Assembly: GCF_054482595.1 (NCBI RefSeq)
Contig: NZ_CM137008.1
Direction: 5' to 3' (one strand)
Length of the DNA stretch: 64,000 nucleotides
The stretch's first letter is position 1. The number at the start of each line of letters is the position of its first letter. The notes under the pieces are model-generated. The model ran no database searches and had not been told where the DNA came from. It worked only from the letters and a program-made list of their open reading frames with translations. Of the stretch, positions 1 to 10,416 are shown piece after piece. A program made the translations under genes and the position numbers.

Positions 1-812
1 TTTTCGATAAGCTCCACCTGCCGACCGCACCGTGGCAGTTACTTGCCGATCGCAGCGAGTGGCCTGCGGTGTTTGATCGTTTAGGTGAGCTGGCGATTGT
101 TAAGCGTCGCACTGGTGGCTATGACGGACGCGGTCAATGGCGTTTACGCGCCGATGAAACCGAACAGTTACCGGCTGAATGCTACGGCGAATGTATAGTC
201 GAGCAGGGCATAAACTTCTCTGGTGAAGTGTCGCTGGTTGGCGCGCGCGGTTTTGATGGCAGCACCGTGTTTTATCCGCTGACGCATAACCTGCATCAGG
301 ACGGTATTTTGCGCACCAGCGTCGCTTTTCCGCAGGCCAATGCGCAGCAGCAAGCGCAAGCCGAAGAGATGCTGTCGGCGATTATGCAGGAGCTGGGCTA
401 TGTGGGCGTGATGGCGATGGAGTGTTTTGTCACCCCGCAAGGTCTGCTGATCAACGAACTGGCACCGCGTGTGCATAACAGCGGTCACTGGACACAAAAC
501 GGTGCCAGCATCAGCCAGTTTGAGCTACATCTGCGGGCGATTACCGATCTGCCGTTACCGCAACCAGTGGTGAATAATCCGTCGGTGATGATCAATCTGA
601 TTGGTAGCGATGTGAATTATGACTGGCTGAAACTGCCGCTGGTGCATCTGCACTGGTACGACAAAGAAGTCCGTCCGGGCCGTAAAGTGGGGCATCTGAA
701 TTTGACCGACAGCGACACATCGCGTCTGTCCGCGACGCTGGAAGCCTTGATCCCGCTGCTGCCGCCGGAATATGCCAGCGGCGTGATGTGGGCGCAGAGT
801 AAGTTCAGTTAA
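1..812 (+). CDS. purK: N5-carboxyaminoimidazole ribonucleotide synthase, 3' portion (5' end outside window)
   Basis: Open frame from window edge to stop at 810-812; ATP-grasp-like translation; synteny next to ybcF. Confidence 0.85.
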   Translation, partial: FDKLHLPTAPWQLLADRSEWPAVFDRLGELAIVKRRTGGYDGRGQWRLRADETEQLPAECYGECIVEQGINFSGEVSLVGARGFDGSTVFYPLTHNLHQDGILRTSVAFPQANAQQQAQAEEMLSAIMQELGYVGVMAMECFVTPQGLLINELAPRVHNSGHWTQNGASISQFELHLRAITDLPLPQPVVNNPSVMINLIGSDVNYDWLKLPLVHLHWYDKEVRPGRKVGHLNLTDSDTSRLSATLEALIPLLPPEYASGVMWAQSKFS

Positions 813-830
813 CCTGGTGCTCATTTGATT

Positions 831-942
831 GCCGGATGCGGCGTGAACGCCTTATCCGGCCTACACCGATCCGGTACCCATTGTAGGCCTGATAAGACGC
901 GTCAAGCGTCGCATCAGGCATGGTACGCCGATTGCCGGATGC
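831..942. repeat. REP/BIME element (inverted REP pair) between convergent purK and ybcF
   Basis: gccggatgcggcgtgaacgccttatccggcctac followed by inverted gtaggcctgataagacgcg...gcatcaggc; same family as the array at 42270-43010. Confidence 0.7.
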
Positions 943-950
943 TCTCATCA

Positions 951-1844
951 CTACAGCGAAATACAGGTCCCCGCTTCGCCCGCCAGCGTCTCTTCAATTC
1001 GCGATAACGCCCCAATCCACGCGGGTTTACCACGGCTTCTGACATAACCACTCACCGCCGTTACCTTCGGCCCCATCGAACCATCGGCTTTGGCAAATGG
1101 CGCTAACTCATCCGGTGTGGCATGGCGAATGGCACGTTGCTGCGGCGTTCCCCAGTTTTCATATACCGCATCAGCATCGGTGAGGATCACCAGTCCATCG
1201 GCATTAATCTGCTCGGCGAGCAACGCAGCAGCGAGATCTTTATCAATCACCGCTTCACTCCCTGCCCCGTCTTCCGTCACAGGCACACCGCCGCCGCCAC
1301 TGCAAATCACCACATGCCCCTCTTTGAGCAACAACTCGATGGCTTCGCTGTCGAGAATTTTACGCGGTTGCGGAGACGCCACCACCCGGCGTAAATATTT
1401 ACCATCACGTTTCATCTGCCAGCCGTAAGCCGCTTCCAGTGCCTCTTGTTCTTCTGGCTGATAAACCGGACCAATAAATTTCTCTGGCTGCAAAAACGCC
1501 GGATCATCAGGCGAAACCTCAATGCGCGTCAGCACCGTCGTGACAGGCGGCATCTGCGGCTGTGCGCTCAAACTTTGCGCCAGCATATAGCCAATCATCC
1601 CCTGACTTTCCGCCACCAGCACATCCAGCGGATACGGTTCTACCTCTTTCCACGCCAGATTCTGCAATGCCAGCAGCCCCACCTGCGGCCCGTTGCCGTG
1701 AACAATCGCCAGCCGATAAGAACGGGCCAGCCGTGCCAGCGCGGGTACAGCACTGGCGATATTGCGATATTGATTTTCTGCCGTCAGCGCCTCACCGCGC
1801 TGAAGCAAGGCATTGCCCCCAAGAGCTACAACCAGTGTTTTCAT
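951..1844 (-). CDS. ybcF: carbamate kinase-like protein
   Basis: 297-aa ORF, N-terminus [13 protein letters not shown] typical of carbamate kinase; last gene of fdrA-ylbE-ylbF-ybcF cluster. Confidence 0.9.
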   Translation of the reverse strand: MKTLVVALGGNALLQRGEALTAENQYRNIASAVPALARLARSYRLAIVHGNGPQVGLLALQNLAWKEVEPYPLDVLVAESQGMIGYMLAQSLSAQPQMPPVTTVLTRIEVSPDDPAFLQPEKFIGPVYQPEEQEALEAAYGWQMKRDGKYLRRVVASPQPRKILDSEAIELLLKEGHVVICSGGGGVPVTEDGAGSEAVIDKDLAAALLAEQINADGLVILTDADAVYENWGTPQQRAIRHATPDELAPFAKADGSMGPKVTAVSGYVRSRGKPAWIGALSRIEETLAGEAGTCISL

Positions 1845-2656
1845 GGTTTTCCTTGTAATAATTGTTGGCCAAGCCAGAACCCCAGCAGCGTATCTGCCCC
1901 TGACGTATGCCCCAGCGCCAGCAGCGAATCAATCGCAACAGCGGTACGTTTCGGGCAACTCAGAGCATGAGCAAAGTGCAGGAGTGGCGAGGCGAAATAT
2001 CCTTGCGCGGCATAACGTAAATAACTGACGCTCACCGCTGTGGTAACGAGTTGAAGATTGTCGGAACAGGCAAAAAACGGGCGACCGGCGCGCGCATGTA
2101 AAGCACCATAATACCAGGCCGCCAGCAGCATTCCGCTCAACGTGTCATCATGACTTGGCGTTAATCCGGGGCCTTTACCCAGCCAGTGCCGCCAGTCGGT
2201 CTTAACGCCATTGAGCGCGGCCTGAAAACAGTGACGAAACTGGCGTAATTCAGCGGGCAGCGGATCGCTTGCCGCCATCGCCAGTGGCCCGAAAAGTCCG
2301 GTTTCCTCCGCGCGTTGCATCCATGCAGCTGCAAGCGGTTGAGGATGCGAAGGCGGCGTAATACGCAGCAAACAATAACGCTGTGGCTGTGTAACCGTGA
2401 AACGCCCGAGGCGAATCCCTTGAGCCACAACCTGTGGTCGTTCATTGCCGCATAATCCACCGCATAACGCATCGAATTGCGCACGGCGAAGCACCCATCC
2501 TCCGGGGCCGAAACCACTACCCTGACGATGCAGCGTTAACAGTTCGCCGCTTTCCGTCATCAGGTTAATCGCCCGCCGCCACACTCCCGCTAACCGCCAG
2601 GACTGGCGATAATTCGGTGCGCTACTACTGGCAAGCAGAGGATGGATGATCGTCAT
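1841..2656 (-). CDS. ylbF: DUF2877 protein, putative oxamate carbamoyltransferase subunit
   Basis: ORF 1841-2779; start set at internal ATG 2656 (MTIIHPLL) to give the 271-aa length I recall for YlbF. Confidence 0.8.
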   Translation of the reverse strand: MTIIHPLLASSSAPNYRQSWRLAGVWRRAINLMTESGELLTLHRQGSGFGPGGWVLRRAQFDALCGGLCGNERPQVVAQGIRLGRFTVTQPQRYCLLRITPPSHPQPLAAAWMQRAEETGLFGPLAMAASDPLPAELRQFRHCFQAALNGVKTDWRHWLGKGPGLTPSHDDTLSGMLLAAWYYGALHARAGRPFFACSDNLQLVTTAVSVSYLRYAAQGYFASPLLHFAHALSCPKRTAVAIDSLLALGHTSGADTLLGFWLGQQLLQGKP

Positions 2657-2666
2657 TGCGCGTTCC

Positions 2667-3926
2667 TCAACCAATCCCCATGCTTTCAGCCAGTGCTTCC
2701 AGCGCCTGTTCAAAACACGCCAGCGGTGCCCGCACGGTGCCTGCGCCAATCTGCCCGATCCCCGCCTCTTTATGGGCAATACCGGTATTGATGAGTGGCG
2801 TAATGCCGGTTTCTACCACGCGACGAATGTCCAGCCCCAGGCACGCGCCCTGAAAATCCCAGCTTGGGATCTGCAACTGCATATTGCGTTCAAGGTAAAT
2901 TTCCGCCATCTCTTCAGATACCGCCCTGGCCGCTTCCATGCCACCCGCACCGACAAAGCGCGTTACGCCAGGCGCTGCGATCATTGCCGCACCTCCGATA
3001 CCAAAGGTTTCGGTAATCGCGCTATCGCCCATATCCGGGTTCGCCTGCTCCTGCGAGAAGCCGGTGAAAAACAGACCTTGCGGAGTGTTTACAGGCGCAG
3101 TAAACCAGCGTTCGCCCAGCCCGCTTACCCGAATCCCGAACATATTACCGTTGCGGGTCATTGCCGTGACGATGCTGCCTGCGCGGATCATCGCGCCAGC
3201 ATCCATCGCCGCCTTGCAGTAAGCCATCGCGAGGTTGAGGAAGAACTGATCGGTCACGCTGAGGAAATCCATCACTTCCGCGATGTGCTGTTTATCATGA
3301 TCGAGGCGAGCAATTTGTGGGGCCAGCGCACGCATTAACAGTGCTGAGGAAGCAATATTGCGTTGATGGAACTCATCGCCCATCGTAATGCCCTGCGCCA
3401 TCATCGCGGTAAGATCGATACCGCGCTCCATGCGCCCCAGCGCCGCGCTTAATACTGGCATTAACACATCGCGCATCCAGCGATGGCGAGTCAGGACATC
3501 TTCGCCGTAAGCGCCAAAACGCATCACTTTGCCGATACCTTCGTTGAGGTTGCAGTACGCCCGGTTGCCGTCGGTCACGTTCTCGACCACCAGCATCGGC
3601 ATACTGGCAGAAGTAATACCGCCCATTGGCCCGACGGCATTCACATGGTGACAAGGAATGAAGTTCACTTCCCCCTGCTCCAGTATTGCCAGCGCCTGCG
3701 CTTCATCTTTCGCCCAACCTTCGAACAGACATGCGCCCACGCACGCCCCTTTCATGGGTCCGGTCATCTCCTGCCAGCGCATTGGCGGCCCGGCGTGAAG
3801 CAGTGTTTTGCCCTGGTTTAGTTCGCTGATAAGTGAAGAAGCCGGTTGCACATCCAGCCAGTGTGGACGAGCGCGACGAATTTGTTCGATAACCGCAGCA
3901 TTGGCTTGCGCCACTGATGTAAACAT
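2667..3926 (-). CDS. ylbE: DUF1116 protein, intact 419 aa
   Basis: Uninterrupted 419-aa ORF between fdrA and ylbF. Confidence 0.85.
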   Translation of the reverse strand: MFTSVAQANAAVIEQIRRARPHWLDVQPASSLISELNQGKTLLHAGPPMRWQEMTGPMKGACVGACLFEGWAKDEAQALAILEQGEVNFIPCHHVNAVGPMGGITSASMPMLVVENVTDGNRAYCNLNEGIGKVMRFGAYGEDVLTRHRWMRDVLMPVLSAALGRMERGIDLTAMMAQGITMGDEFHQRNIASSALLMRALAPQIARLDHDKQHIAEVMDFLSVTDQFFLNLAMAYCKAAMDAGAMIRAGSIVTAMTRNGNMFGIRVSGLGERWFTAPVNTPQGLFFTGFSQEQANPDMGDSAITETFGIGGAAMIAAPGVTRFVGAGGMEAARAVSEEMAEIYLERNMQLQIPSWDFQGACLGLDIRRVVETGITPLINTGIAHKEAGIGQIGAGTVRAPLACFEQALEALAESMGIG

Positions 3927-3935
3927 GGGAACCCC

Positions 3936-5603
3936 TTATTGCAAACGTTCTAATAAACGAGCCAGTTTTTTATTGCCGCCGGCGACTGGCGACCATTGGT
4001 AATGCACAACCGGTTTGCTGGCGCTTTGTAGCTCCAGCGCAAAACTGCGTAATCCGATGTTAATCACGGCGACGTTTTCCAGTAATGACGGTGTGTGTTG
4101 CTGTGCGGCAGGCGAGAGCGGATGAATTAACGCTGCCGCCAGCAAGGTGGCTTCCGGTAGCGAACTCACGACCGCAATCCCCGCATCTTCCAGCGTGGCG
4201 ATTTGCTGCGAGCGGCATTGCGGGTCACGTTCGGTACCTGTCACCGTGGCAATGGCGTACAGCGGTTGGCTGTCTGAACGCGCGGCACAGGCTTTTTGCC
4301 AGGCGCTCACCAGCGAGGCGGCAGGATCGGCGGTCGCGCCGAAGCCAATCACGACATCAAGTAGCAATACGCGCACTGACAGTTTAGCGCCGAGATCGGC
4401 AATTAACTGGTTGCGTAAGGTTGGGTCGATCATCGGATGGGGACGCCCGACGGTGTAGAAATCATCGCCAAGGTCAATAATCTGGTGACCATCGGCGTCG
4501 AGCATCATGCCGTGATGATGGGCATCATCGGCTTCCACGCCAAGGTGTCCGGCAAGTAATCCCGCCGCTTCGGCAGCCAGCGTACCGCCGGTATACAAAC
4601 CGCAAATAAATCCGCTGCTGACAGGTGCTATTGCGTTACGTCGCGCCGTGACGCGTGAAAGCAGGCAAGCCAGGCGTGCGGCCTCATCCAGCGAGGAGGC
4701 AAACCAGACATTCTCGTCGCGGGCCACCGCCGGGGTATAACCTAAAAACAGCGCCACCGTCGGTTTGCCGGTTGCTTTCATGGCATTAACAATTTTCAGA
4801 CGCACCGCTTCGGCAGGTGGTTTTGAAACAAATGCCAGCACTTCGCTTTTCTCGTCTGCACTGAGCATTTCCAGCGCCGTCAGCGCACTGATGCCGCCCA
4901 CTTCACGGCTGAGGTCGCGGCCGCCAAGGCCAATCGCGTGAGTAATTCCCTCCCCTGCCAGCGCAATCTGCGAGCACAGCTCCTGAATCCCGGTACCGGA
5001 AGCGCCAATGACGCCAATATTGCCTTCCGGCATCACGTTAGCAAAAGCCAGCGGCGTGGCGGCAATCATCGACGTACCGCAGTCCGGCCCCATCACCAGC
5101 AAGCCTTTTTCTCGCGCGCGGGTTTTAAGTTGGATTTCATCTTCCAGCGTGACGTTATCGGAGAACATCATCACGTTGAGGTTGCGATCCAGCGCCTGAT
5201 TCGCCAGCTCCGCCGCATACTCGCCAGCCACTGAAATCAGCGCCAGATTGGCATCGGGTAATTTCTGACAGGCACTGTCCCAGCGACGCACCTGCGTCAA
5301 GGACTGGCTGCTGCCTGCCCCCTGCGCCAGTTGTTTTAGCGCCTCTTCAAGCTGCTGCATAATCGCCTGCGCGATCCCCGCATCCGCCGCTTCGCTACGA
5401 ATTGCCACGCAAATATCGTTCGGCGTGGCGTTATTAAAATCGTCATGCCAGAAACCTGTGGTATCTAATAACGCTTTATTGGCGGGCGTACCCATCATTA
5501 CGGAAACATCATCAACATTTTCTGATTCGCTGAGTTTTCGTGAAATAATCATTAAACTGACCGAATCCTGAAAACACCCTTTTTTAATAAAGGCGTGGAT
5601 CAT
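3936..5603 (-). CDS. fdrA: FdrA, acyl-CoA synthetase (NDP-forming)-like protein
   Basis: 555-aa ORF, N-terminus MIHAFIKKGCFQDSVSLMIISRKL; synteny. Confidence 0.9.
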   Translation of the reverse strand: MIHAFIKKGCFQDSVSLMIISRKLSESENVDDVSVMMGTPANKALLDTTGFWHDDFNNATPNDICVAIRSEAADAGIAQAIMQQLEEALKQLAQGAGSSQSLTQVRRWDSACQKLPDANLALISVAGEYAAELANQALDRNLNVMMFSDNVTLEDEIQLKTRAREKGLLVMGPDCGTSMIAATPLAFANVMPEGNIGVIGASGTGIQELCSQIALAGEGITHAIGLGGRDLSREVGGISALTALEMLSADEKSEVLAFVSKPPAEAVRLKIVNAMKATGKPTVALFLGYTPAVARDENVWFASSLDEAARLACLLSRVTARRNAIAPVSSGFICGLYTGGTLAAEAAGLLAGHLGVEADDAHHHGMMLDADGHQIIDLGDDFYTVGRPHPMIDPTLRNQLIADLGAKLSVRVLLLDVVIGFGATADPAASLVSAWQKACAARSDSQPLYAIATVTGTERDPQCRSQQIATLEDAGIAVVSSLPEATLLAAALIHPLSPAAQQHTPSLLENVAVINIGLRSFALELQSASKPVVHYQWSPVAGGNKKLARLLERLQ

Positions 5604-5919
5604 AACAACTCCTTAAAAATTGCACCCATGGCAATTGCACGAGCAGTGTTAATGTGGCGATTACGGTATCGATGACAACGGGTAAATAAGGTGATGAATA
5701 TCACACAGGGATTATTAACAAAAGAATTCAAATAACCGCCATGCTATTACGTGTTATTTTTTAATAAGCGTGGTTGTTTTAAAAACCAGGTTAAAAGCGA
5801 GCGGATTATCAAATAAATTCTAACTATATTTTTTTGCCTGTCTGGATCACATAATCCAGATATTTTCCCTGTATGTTAATTGCAGTCATGCTTCACACCG
5901 TCGTTAAAAAGGAAGACAG

Positions 5920-6969
5920 ATGAAAATCAGTCGGGAAACACTCCACCAGCTAATTGAGAATAAACTCTGCCAGGCTGGGTTAAAACGTGAGCACGCTGCA
6001 ACCGTGGCTGAAGTATTGGTTTACGCCGATGCCAGAGGGATCCACTCTCATGGCGCGGTGCGCGTGGAATACTACGCGGAACGCATTTCAAAAGGCGGCA
6101 CCAACCGCGAACCGGAGTTTCGTCTTGAGGAAACCGGGCCGTGCTCGGCAATTTTACATGCCGACAATGCCGCCGGACAGGTCGCGGCGAAAATGGGTAT
6201 GGAACATGCCATCAAAACCGCCCAGCAAAATGGCGTTGCGGTGGTCGGTATCAGCCGGATGGGTCACAGCGGCGCAATCTCTTATTTTGTGCAGCAGGCA
6301 GCCCGCGCCGGATTAATTGGCATTTCGATGTGTCAGTCCGATCCAATGGTGGTGCCGTTTGGCGGCGCGGAAATTTACTACGGTACTAACCCACTGGCCT
6401 TTGCCGCGCCGGGAGAAGGCGACGAGATCCTTACCTTTGATATGGCGACTACCGTACAGGCATGGGGAAAAGTGCTCGACGCCCGCTCGCGTAATATGTC
6501 TATCCCGGATACCTGGGCGGTCGATAAAAACGGTGCACCAACAACCGATCCGTTCGCGGTACATGCTCTGCTCCCCGCAGCCGGGCCGAAAGGGTATGGC
6601 CTGATGATGATGATTGACGTCCTCTCAGGCGTCTTACTCGGCTTACCGTTCGGGCGACAGGTTAGTTCGATGTATGACGATTTACACGCCGGGCGTAATT
6701 TGGGGCAATTACATGTAGTTATTAACCCGAACTTTTTCTCCTCCAGCGAATTATTCCGTCAACATCTTAGCCAGACCATGCGCGAATTAAATGCCATTAC
6801 CCCCGCGCCCGGTTTTAATCAGGTTTATTATCCCGGACAGGATCAGGATATTAAACAACGCCAAGCCGCCGTCGAAGGCATCGAAATTGTTGATGATATT
6901 TACCAGTATTTAATTTCCGACGCGCTTTATAACACGTCATACGAAACGAAAAATCCCTTTGCGCAATAA
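5920..6969 (+). CDS. allD: ureidoglycolate dehydrogenase
   Basis: 349-aa ORF, malate/L-lactate dehydrogenase-family translation; first gene of allDCE. Confidence 0.9.
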   Translation: MKISRETLHQLIENKLCQAGLKREHAATVAEVLVYADARGIHSHGAVRVEYYAERISKGGTNREPEFRLEETGPCSAILHADNAAGQVAAKMGMEHAIKTAQQNGVAVVGISRMGHSGAISYFVQQAARAGLIGISMCQSDPMVVPFGGAEIYYGTNPLAFAAPGEGDEILTFDMATTVQAWGKVLDARSRNMSIPDTWAVDKNGAPTTDPFAVHALLPAAGPKGYGLMMMIDVLSGVLLGLPFGRQVSSMYDDLHAGRNLGQLHVVINPNFFSSSELFRQHLSQTMRELNAITPAPGFNQVYYPGQDQDIKQRQAAVEGIEIVDDIYQYLISDALYNTSYETKNPFAQ

Positions 6970-6990
6970 TTATTGAGACAGGACTTTCTT

Positions 6991-8226
6991 ATGATTACAC
7001 ATTTTCGTCAAGCCATAGAAGAAGCGCTGCCCTGGCTTTCCTCTTTTGGCGCTGACCCAGCGGGTGGGATGACCCGTTTACTTTATTCGCCGGAATGGCT
7101 GGAAACCCAGCAGCAATTTAAAAAAAGAATGGCCGCAAGTGGGCTGGAAACACGTTTCGATGAAGTGGGGAATTTATACGGTCGCCTGAGTGGCACCGAA
7201 TATCCACAGGAAGTGATTCTGAGCGGTTCGCATATCGATACCGTGGTTAACGGCGGTAACCTCGACGGGCAATTCGGCGCGCTGGCGGCGTGGCTGGCAA
7301 TTGACTGGCTGAAAACTCAATACGGCGCACCGCTGCGTACGGTTGAAGTGGTGGCGATGGCGGAAGAAGAAGGCAGCCGCTTCCCGTATGTTTTCTGGGG
7401 CAGTAAAAATATCTTTGGGCTGGCGAATCCTGACGACGTGCGGAATATCTGTGATGCCAAAGGAAATAGTTTTGTCGATGCGATGAAGGCTTGCGGATTT
7501 ACTCTGCCGGACGCCCCGCTAACTCCGCGTCAGGATATTAAAGCCTTTGTCGAACTGCATATCGAACAGGGCTGTGTGCTGGAAAGTAATGGGCAATCAA
7601 TTGGCGTGGTGAATGCAATTGTCGGGCAACGTCGCTATACGGTGACGCTGAACGGCGAATCAAACCATGCAGGCACCACGCCGATGGGTTATCGTCGTGA
7701 TACGGTTTACGCTTTCAGTCGCATTTGCCATCAGTCGATCGAAAAAGCGAAAAAGATGGGCGACCCGCTGGTGCTGACCTTTGGTAAGGTGGAGCCGCGC
7801 CCGAATACGGTGAATGTGGTGCCGGGTAAAACCACATTCACCATTGATTGTCGTCATACCGACGCCGCCGTGCTGCGCGATTTCACTCAGCAGTTAGAAA
7901 ACGACATGCGGGCGATTTGCGATGAAATGGACATTGGTATTGATATCAATTTATGGATGGACGAAGAACCCGTGCCGATGAATAAGGACCTGGTCGCCAC
8001 CCTGACAGAATTGTGTGAAAGTGAAAAACTGAATTACCGGGTGATGCACAGTGGTGCCGGGCACGACGCGCAGATTTTCGCGCCTCACGTGCCGACCTGC
8101 ATGATTTTCATTCCCAGCATCAACGGGATCAGCCATAACCCGGCGGAACGCACCAATATTACCGACCTTGCCGAAGGGGTCAAAACGTTGGCACTCATGC
8201 TTTATCAACTTGCCTGGCAGAAATAA
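6991..8226 (+). CDS. allC: allantoate amidohydrolase
   Basis: ORF 6973-8226; start set at ATG 6991 (MITHFRQAIEE, 411 aa) with GAGACAGGA upstream; M20 peptidase-like. Confidence 0.9.
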   Translation: MITHFRQAIEEALPWLSSFGADPAGGMTRLLYSPEWLETQQQFKKRMAASGLETRFDEVGNLYGRLSGTEYPQEVILSGSHIDTVVNGGNLDGQFGALAAWLAIDWLKTQYGAPLRTVEVVAMAEEEGSRFPYVFWGSKNIFGLANPDDVRNICDAKGNSFVDAMKACGFTLPDAPLTPRQDIKAFVELHIEQGCVLESNGQSIGVVNAIVGQRRYTVTLNGESNHAGTTPMGYRRDTVYAFSRICHQSIEKAKKMGDPLVLTFGKVEPRPNTVNVVPGKTTFTIDCRHTDAAVLRDFTQQLENDMRAICDEMDIGIDINLWMDEEPVPMNKDLVATLTELCESEKLNYRVMHSGAGHDAQIFAPHVPTCMIFIPSINGISHNPAERTNITDLAEGVKTLALMLYQLAWQK

Positions 8227-8236
8227 GGAGTCATAA

Positions 8237-9022
8237 ATGGGATATTTAAATAACGTCACCGGTTACCGCGATGATTTACTGGCTAACCGTGCGATTGTGA
8301 AACACGGTAATTTCGCACTGTTAACACCAGACGGTCTGGTAAAAAATATTATTCCGGGCTTTGAAAATTGTGACGCGACAATCCTCTCTACGCCAAAGCT
8401 GGGTGCCTCTTTTGTTGATTATCTGGTCACACTGCATCAAAACGGTGGCAACCAACAGGGCTTCGGTGGCGAAGGCATTGAAACGTTCCTGTATGTGATC
8501 TCTGGAAATATCACTGCCAAAGCCGAAGGCAAAACATTTGCCTTAAGCGAAGGTGGCTATCTTTATTGCCCGCCAGGCTCCTTAATGACGTTTGTTAACG
8601 CCCAGGCCAAAGACAGCCAAATCTTTTTATATAAGCGCCGCTATGTTCCGGTAGAAGGCCATGCACCGTGGCTGGTTTCTGGCAATGCCAGCGAACTGGA
8701 ACGCATTCATTATGAAGGCATGGATGATGTGATCCTGCTGGATTTTCTGCCCAAAGAGTTAGGTTTTGATATGAACATGCATATCCTCTCTTTTGCACCA
8801 GGTGCCAGCCATGGTTATATCGAAACACACGTTCAGGAACACGGTGCCTATATTCTTTCCGGTCAGGGGGTTTATAACCTCGACAATAACTGGATCCCGG
8901 TGAAAAAAGGCGATTACATCTTTATGGGCGCTTATTCTTTACAGGCTGGTTATGGCGTAGGGCGTGGTGAAGCGTTCAGCTATATTTACTCGAAAGATTG
9001 CAACCGCGACGTAGAGATTTAA
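8237..9022 (+). CDS. allE: (S)-ureidoglycine aminohydrolase, cupin
   Basis: 261-aa ORF; synteny after allC. Confidence 0.9.
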   Translation: MGYLNNVTGYRDDLLANRAIVKHGNFALLTPDGLVKNIIPGFENCDATILSTPKLGASFVDYLVTLHQNGGNQQGFGGEGIETFLYVISGNITAKAEGKTFALSEGGYLYCPPGSLMTFVNAQAKDSQIFLYKRRYVPVEGHAPWLVSGNASELERIHYEGMDDVILLDFLPKELGFDMNMHILSFAPGASHGYIETHVQEHGAYILSGQGVYNLDNNWIPVKKGDYIFMGAYSLQAGYGVGRGEAFSYIYSKDCNRDVEI

Positions 9023-9064
9023 GTCATACCACTCGCCTGATTATTTTTAGCTATGTTGGATTTT

Positions 9065-9091
9065 GCCACGGTTTATACCGTGGCTTTTTTT
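9065..9091 (+). terminator. rho-independent terminator after allE
   Basis: Hairpin gccacgg-tttata-ccgtggc followed by a T7 run. Confidence 0.6.
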
Positions 9092-9099
9092 GTAACATT

Positions 9100-9204
9100 G
9101 CCTGATGCGCTTCGCTTATCAGGCCTACATGATCTCTGCAATATATAGAATTTGCGCGATTTTCAGGAAGGATATAGTGCTCATGCAGCATCCGGCATGA
9201 GCAC
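9100..9204. repeat. REP-like palindrome plus a second 27-bp dyad in the allE/glxK convergent gap
   Basis: gcctgatgcgcttcgcttatcaggcctac at 9100-9128; gtgctcatgc...gcatgagcac at 9178-9204. Confidence 0.5.
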
Positions 9205-9249
9205 TGCGCTCTTATACGAAATAAATCGCATCCGCTTTAAAGGTAAGGG

Positions 9250-10395
9250 TCAGTTTTTAATTCCCTGACCTATTTTAATGGCGCAGGCAATATTTCGCGC
9301 GCTGTTGAAGAGATTGGTTTCACCGCTGGCGAGCACTTCGGCTAAAGGTGCCAGACGAGGCAAAATGCTGAATACCGCGTCAATGCCGTACTGGTGCACC
9401 ACTTCCACGCCATCACCCAATACGCCAGCAATCCCAATCACCGGTACATTAAACTGCTTCGCCACCGACGCAACGCCCAGCGGCGCTTTACCGCCTGCCG
9501 TTTGCGAGTCAATGCGCCCTTCCCCGGTGATCACCAGTGCTGCCCCCTGCACCGCCTGCTCCAGGTTGACCGCACGCAGTACAATCTCAATACCCGGTTT
9601 AATATCCGCATTGAGAAATACCGCCGCCGCAATACCCATACCGCCCGCAGCGCCGCCGCCCGCCATCTGACAGACATTAATTTCAGTTTGCTGTTGTAAA
9701 ACACGGGCGTAATTTTGCAGCCCCTGTTCCAGCTCTTCGACCATTTCCGGCGTTGCCCCTTTTTGCGGGCCAAACACCGCCGCCGCGCCGCGTGCCCCTA
9801 CCAGCGGGTTATCAACGTCACATGCTACTTCAATATGGCAATTCGCCAGACGCGGATCGCATTCATCCATCTCAATGCTTGCCACGCGCGCTAAATTACC
9901 ACCGTTTGCCGCCAGCGCCTGACCGTCGGCATCAAGGAAACGCACACCGAGCGCCTGCGCCATGCCCATACCGCCGTCGACCGTCGCACTGCCGCCAATG
10001 CCGAGAATAATATGGCGAATGCCGTTATCCAGCGCATGACGAATTAACTCCCCCGTACCAAAACTGGAGGCCAGCAACGGATTACGCTTTTCAGGCGCGA
10101 CCAGCATCAGGCCACTTGCTGCCGCCATCTCAATCACCGCCGTTTTCCCGTCGCCGGTAAGGCCATAAAAAGCATTCACTTTTTCGCCCATCGGCCCGCA
10201 GACTTCAAGCGTCACGATGTTGCCGCCCGTCGCGGCGACCATCGCATCCACCGTCCCTTCGCCGCCATCCGCTATCGGCAAACAGATATAGTTCACATCG
10301 GGAAAGAGGGTCGAAAACCCGGCTTTAATTGCCTGACAACATTTTTCTGCACTTAAGCTCTCTTTAAAAGAGTCTGGCGCAATGACAATCTTCAT
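9250..10395 (-). CDS. glxK: glycerate 2-kinase
   Basis: ORF 9250-10401 opens on TTG; start set at ATG 10395 ([14 protein letters not shown]); glycerate kinase family. Confidence 0.9.
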   Translation of the reverse strand: MKIVIAPDSFKESLSAEKCCQAIKAGFSTLFPDVNYICLPIADGGEGTVDAMVAATGGNIVTLEVCGPMGEKVNAFYGLTGDGKTAVIEMAAASGLMLVAPEKRNPLLASSFGTGELIRHALDNGIRHIILGIGGSATVDGGMGMAQALGVRFLDADGQALAANGGNLARVASIEMDECDPRLANCHIEVACDVDNPLVGARGAAAVFGPQKGATPEMVEELEQGLQNYARVLQQQTEINVCQMAGGGAAGGMGIAAAVFLNADIKPGIEIVLRAVNLEQAVQGAALVITGEGRIDSQTAGGKAPLGVASVAKQFNVPVIGIAGVLGDGVEVVHQYGIDAVFSILPRLAPLAEVLASGETNLFNSARNIACAIKIGQGIKN

Positions 10396-10416
10396 TATCA
10401 ATCCTTTTTCAACAAA

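Noticed and set aside
1090-1970. Plus-strand ORFs of 112, 174 and 98 aa overlapping ybcF/ylbF
   Set aside because: Antisense to well-supported genes; low-complexity, Arg-rich translations
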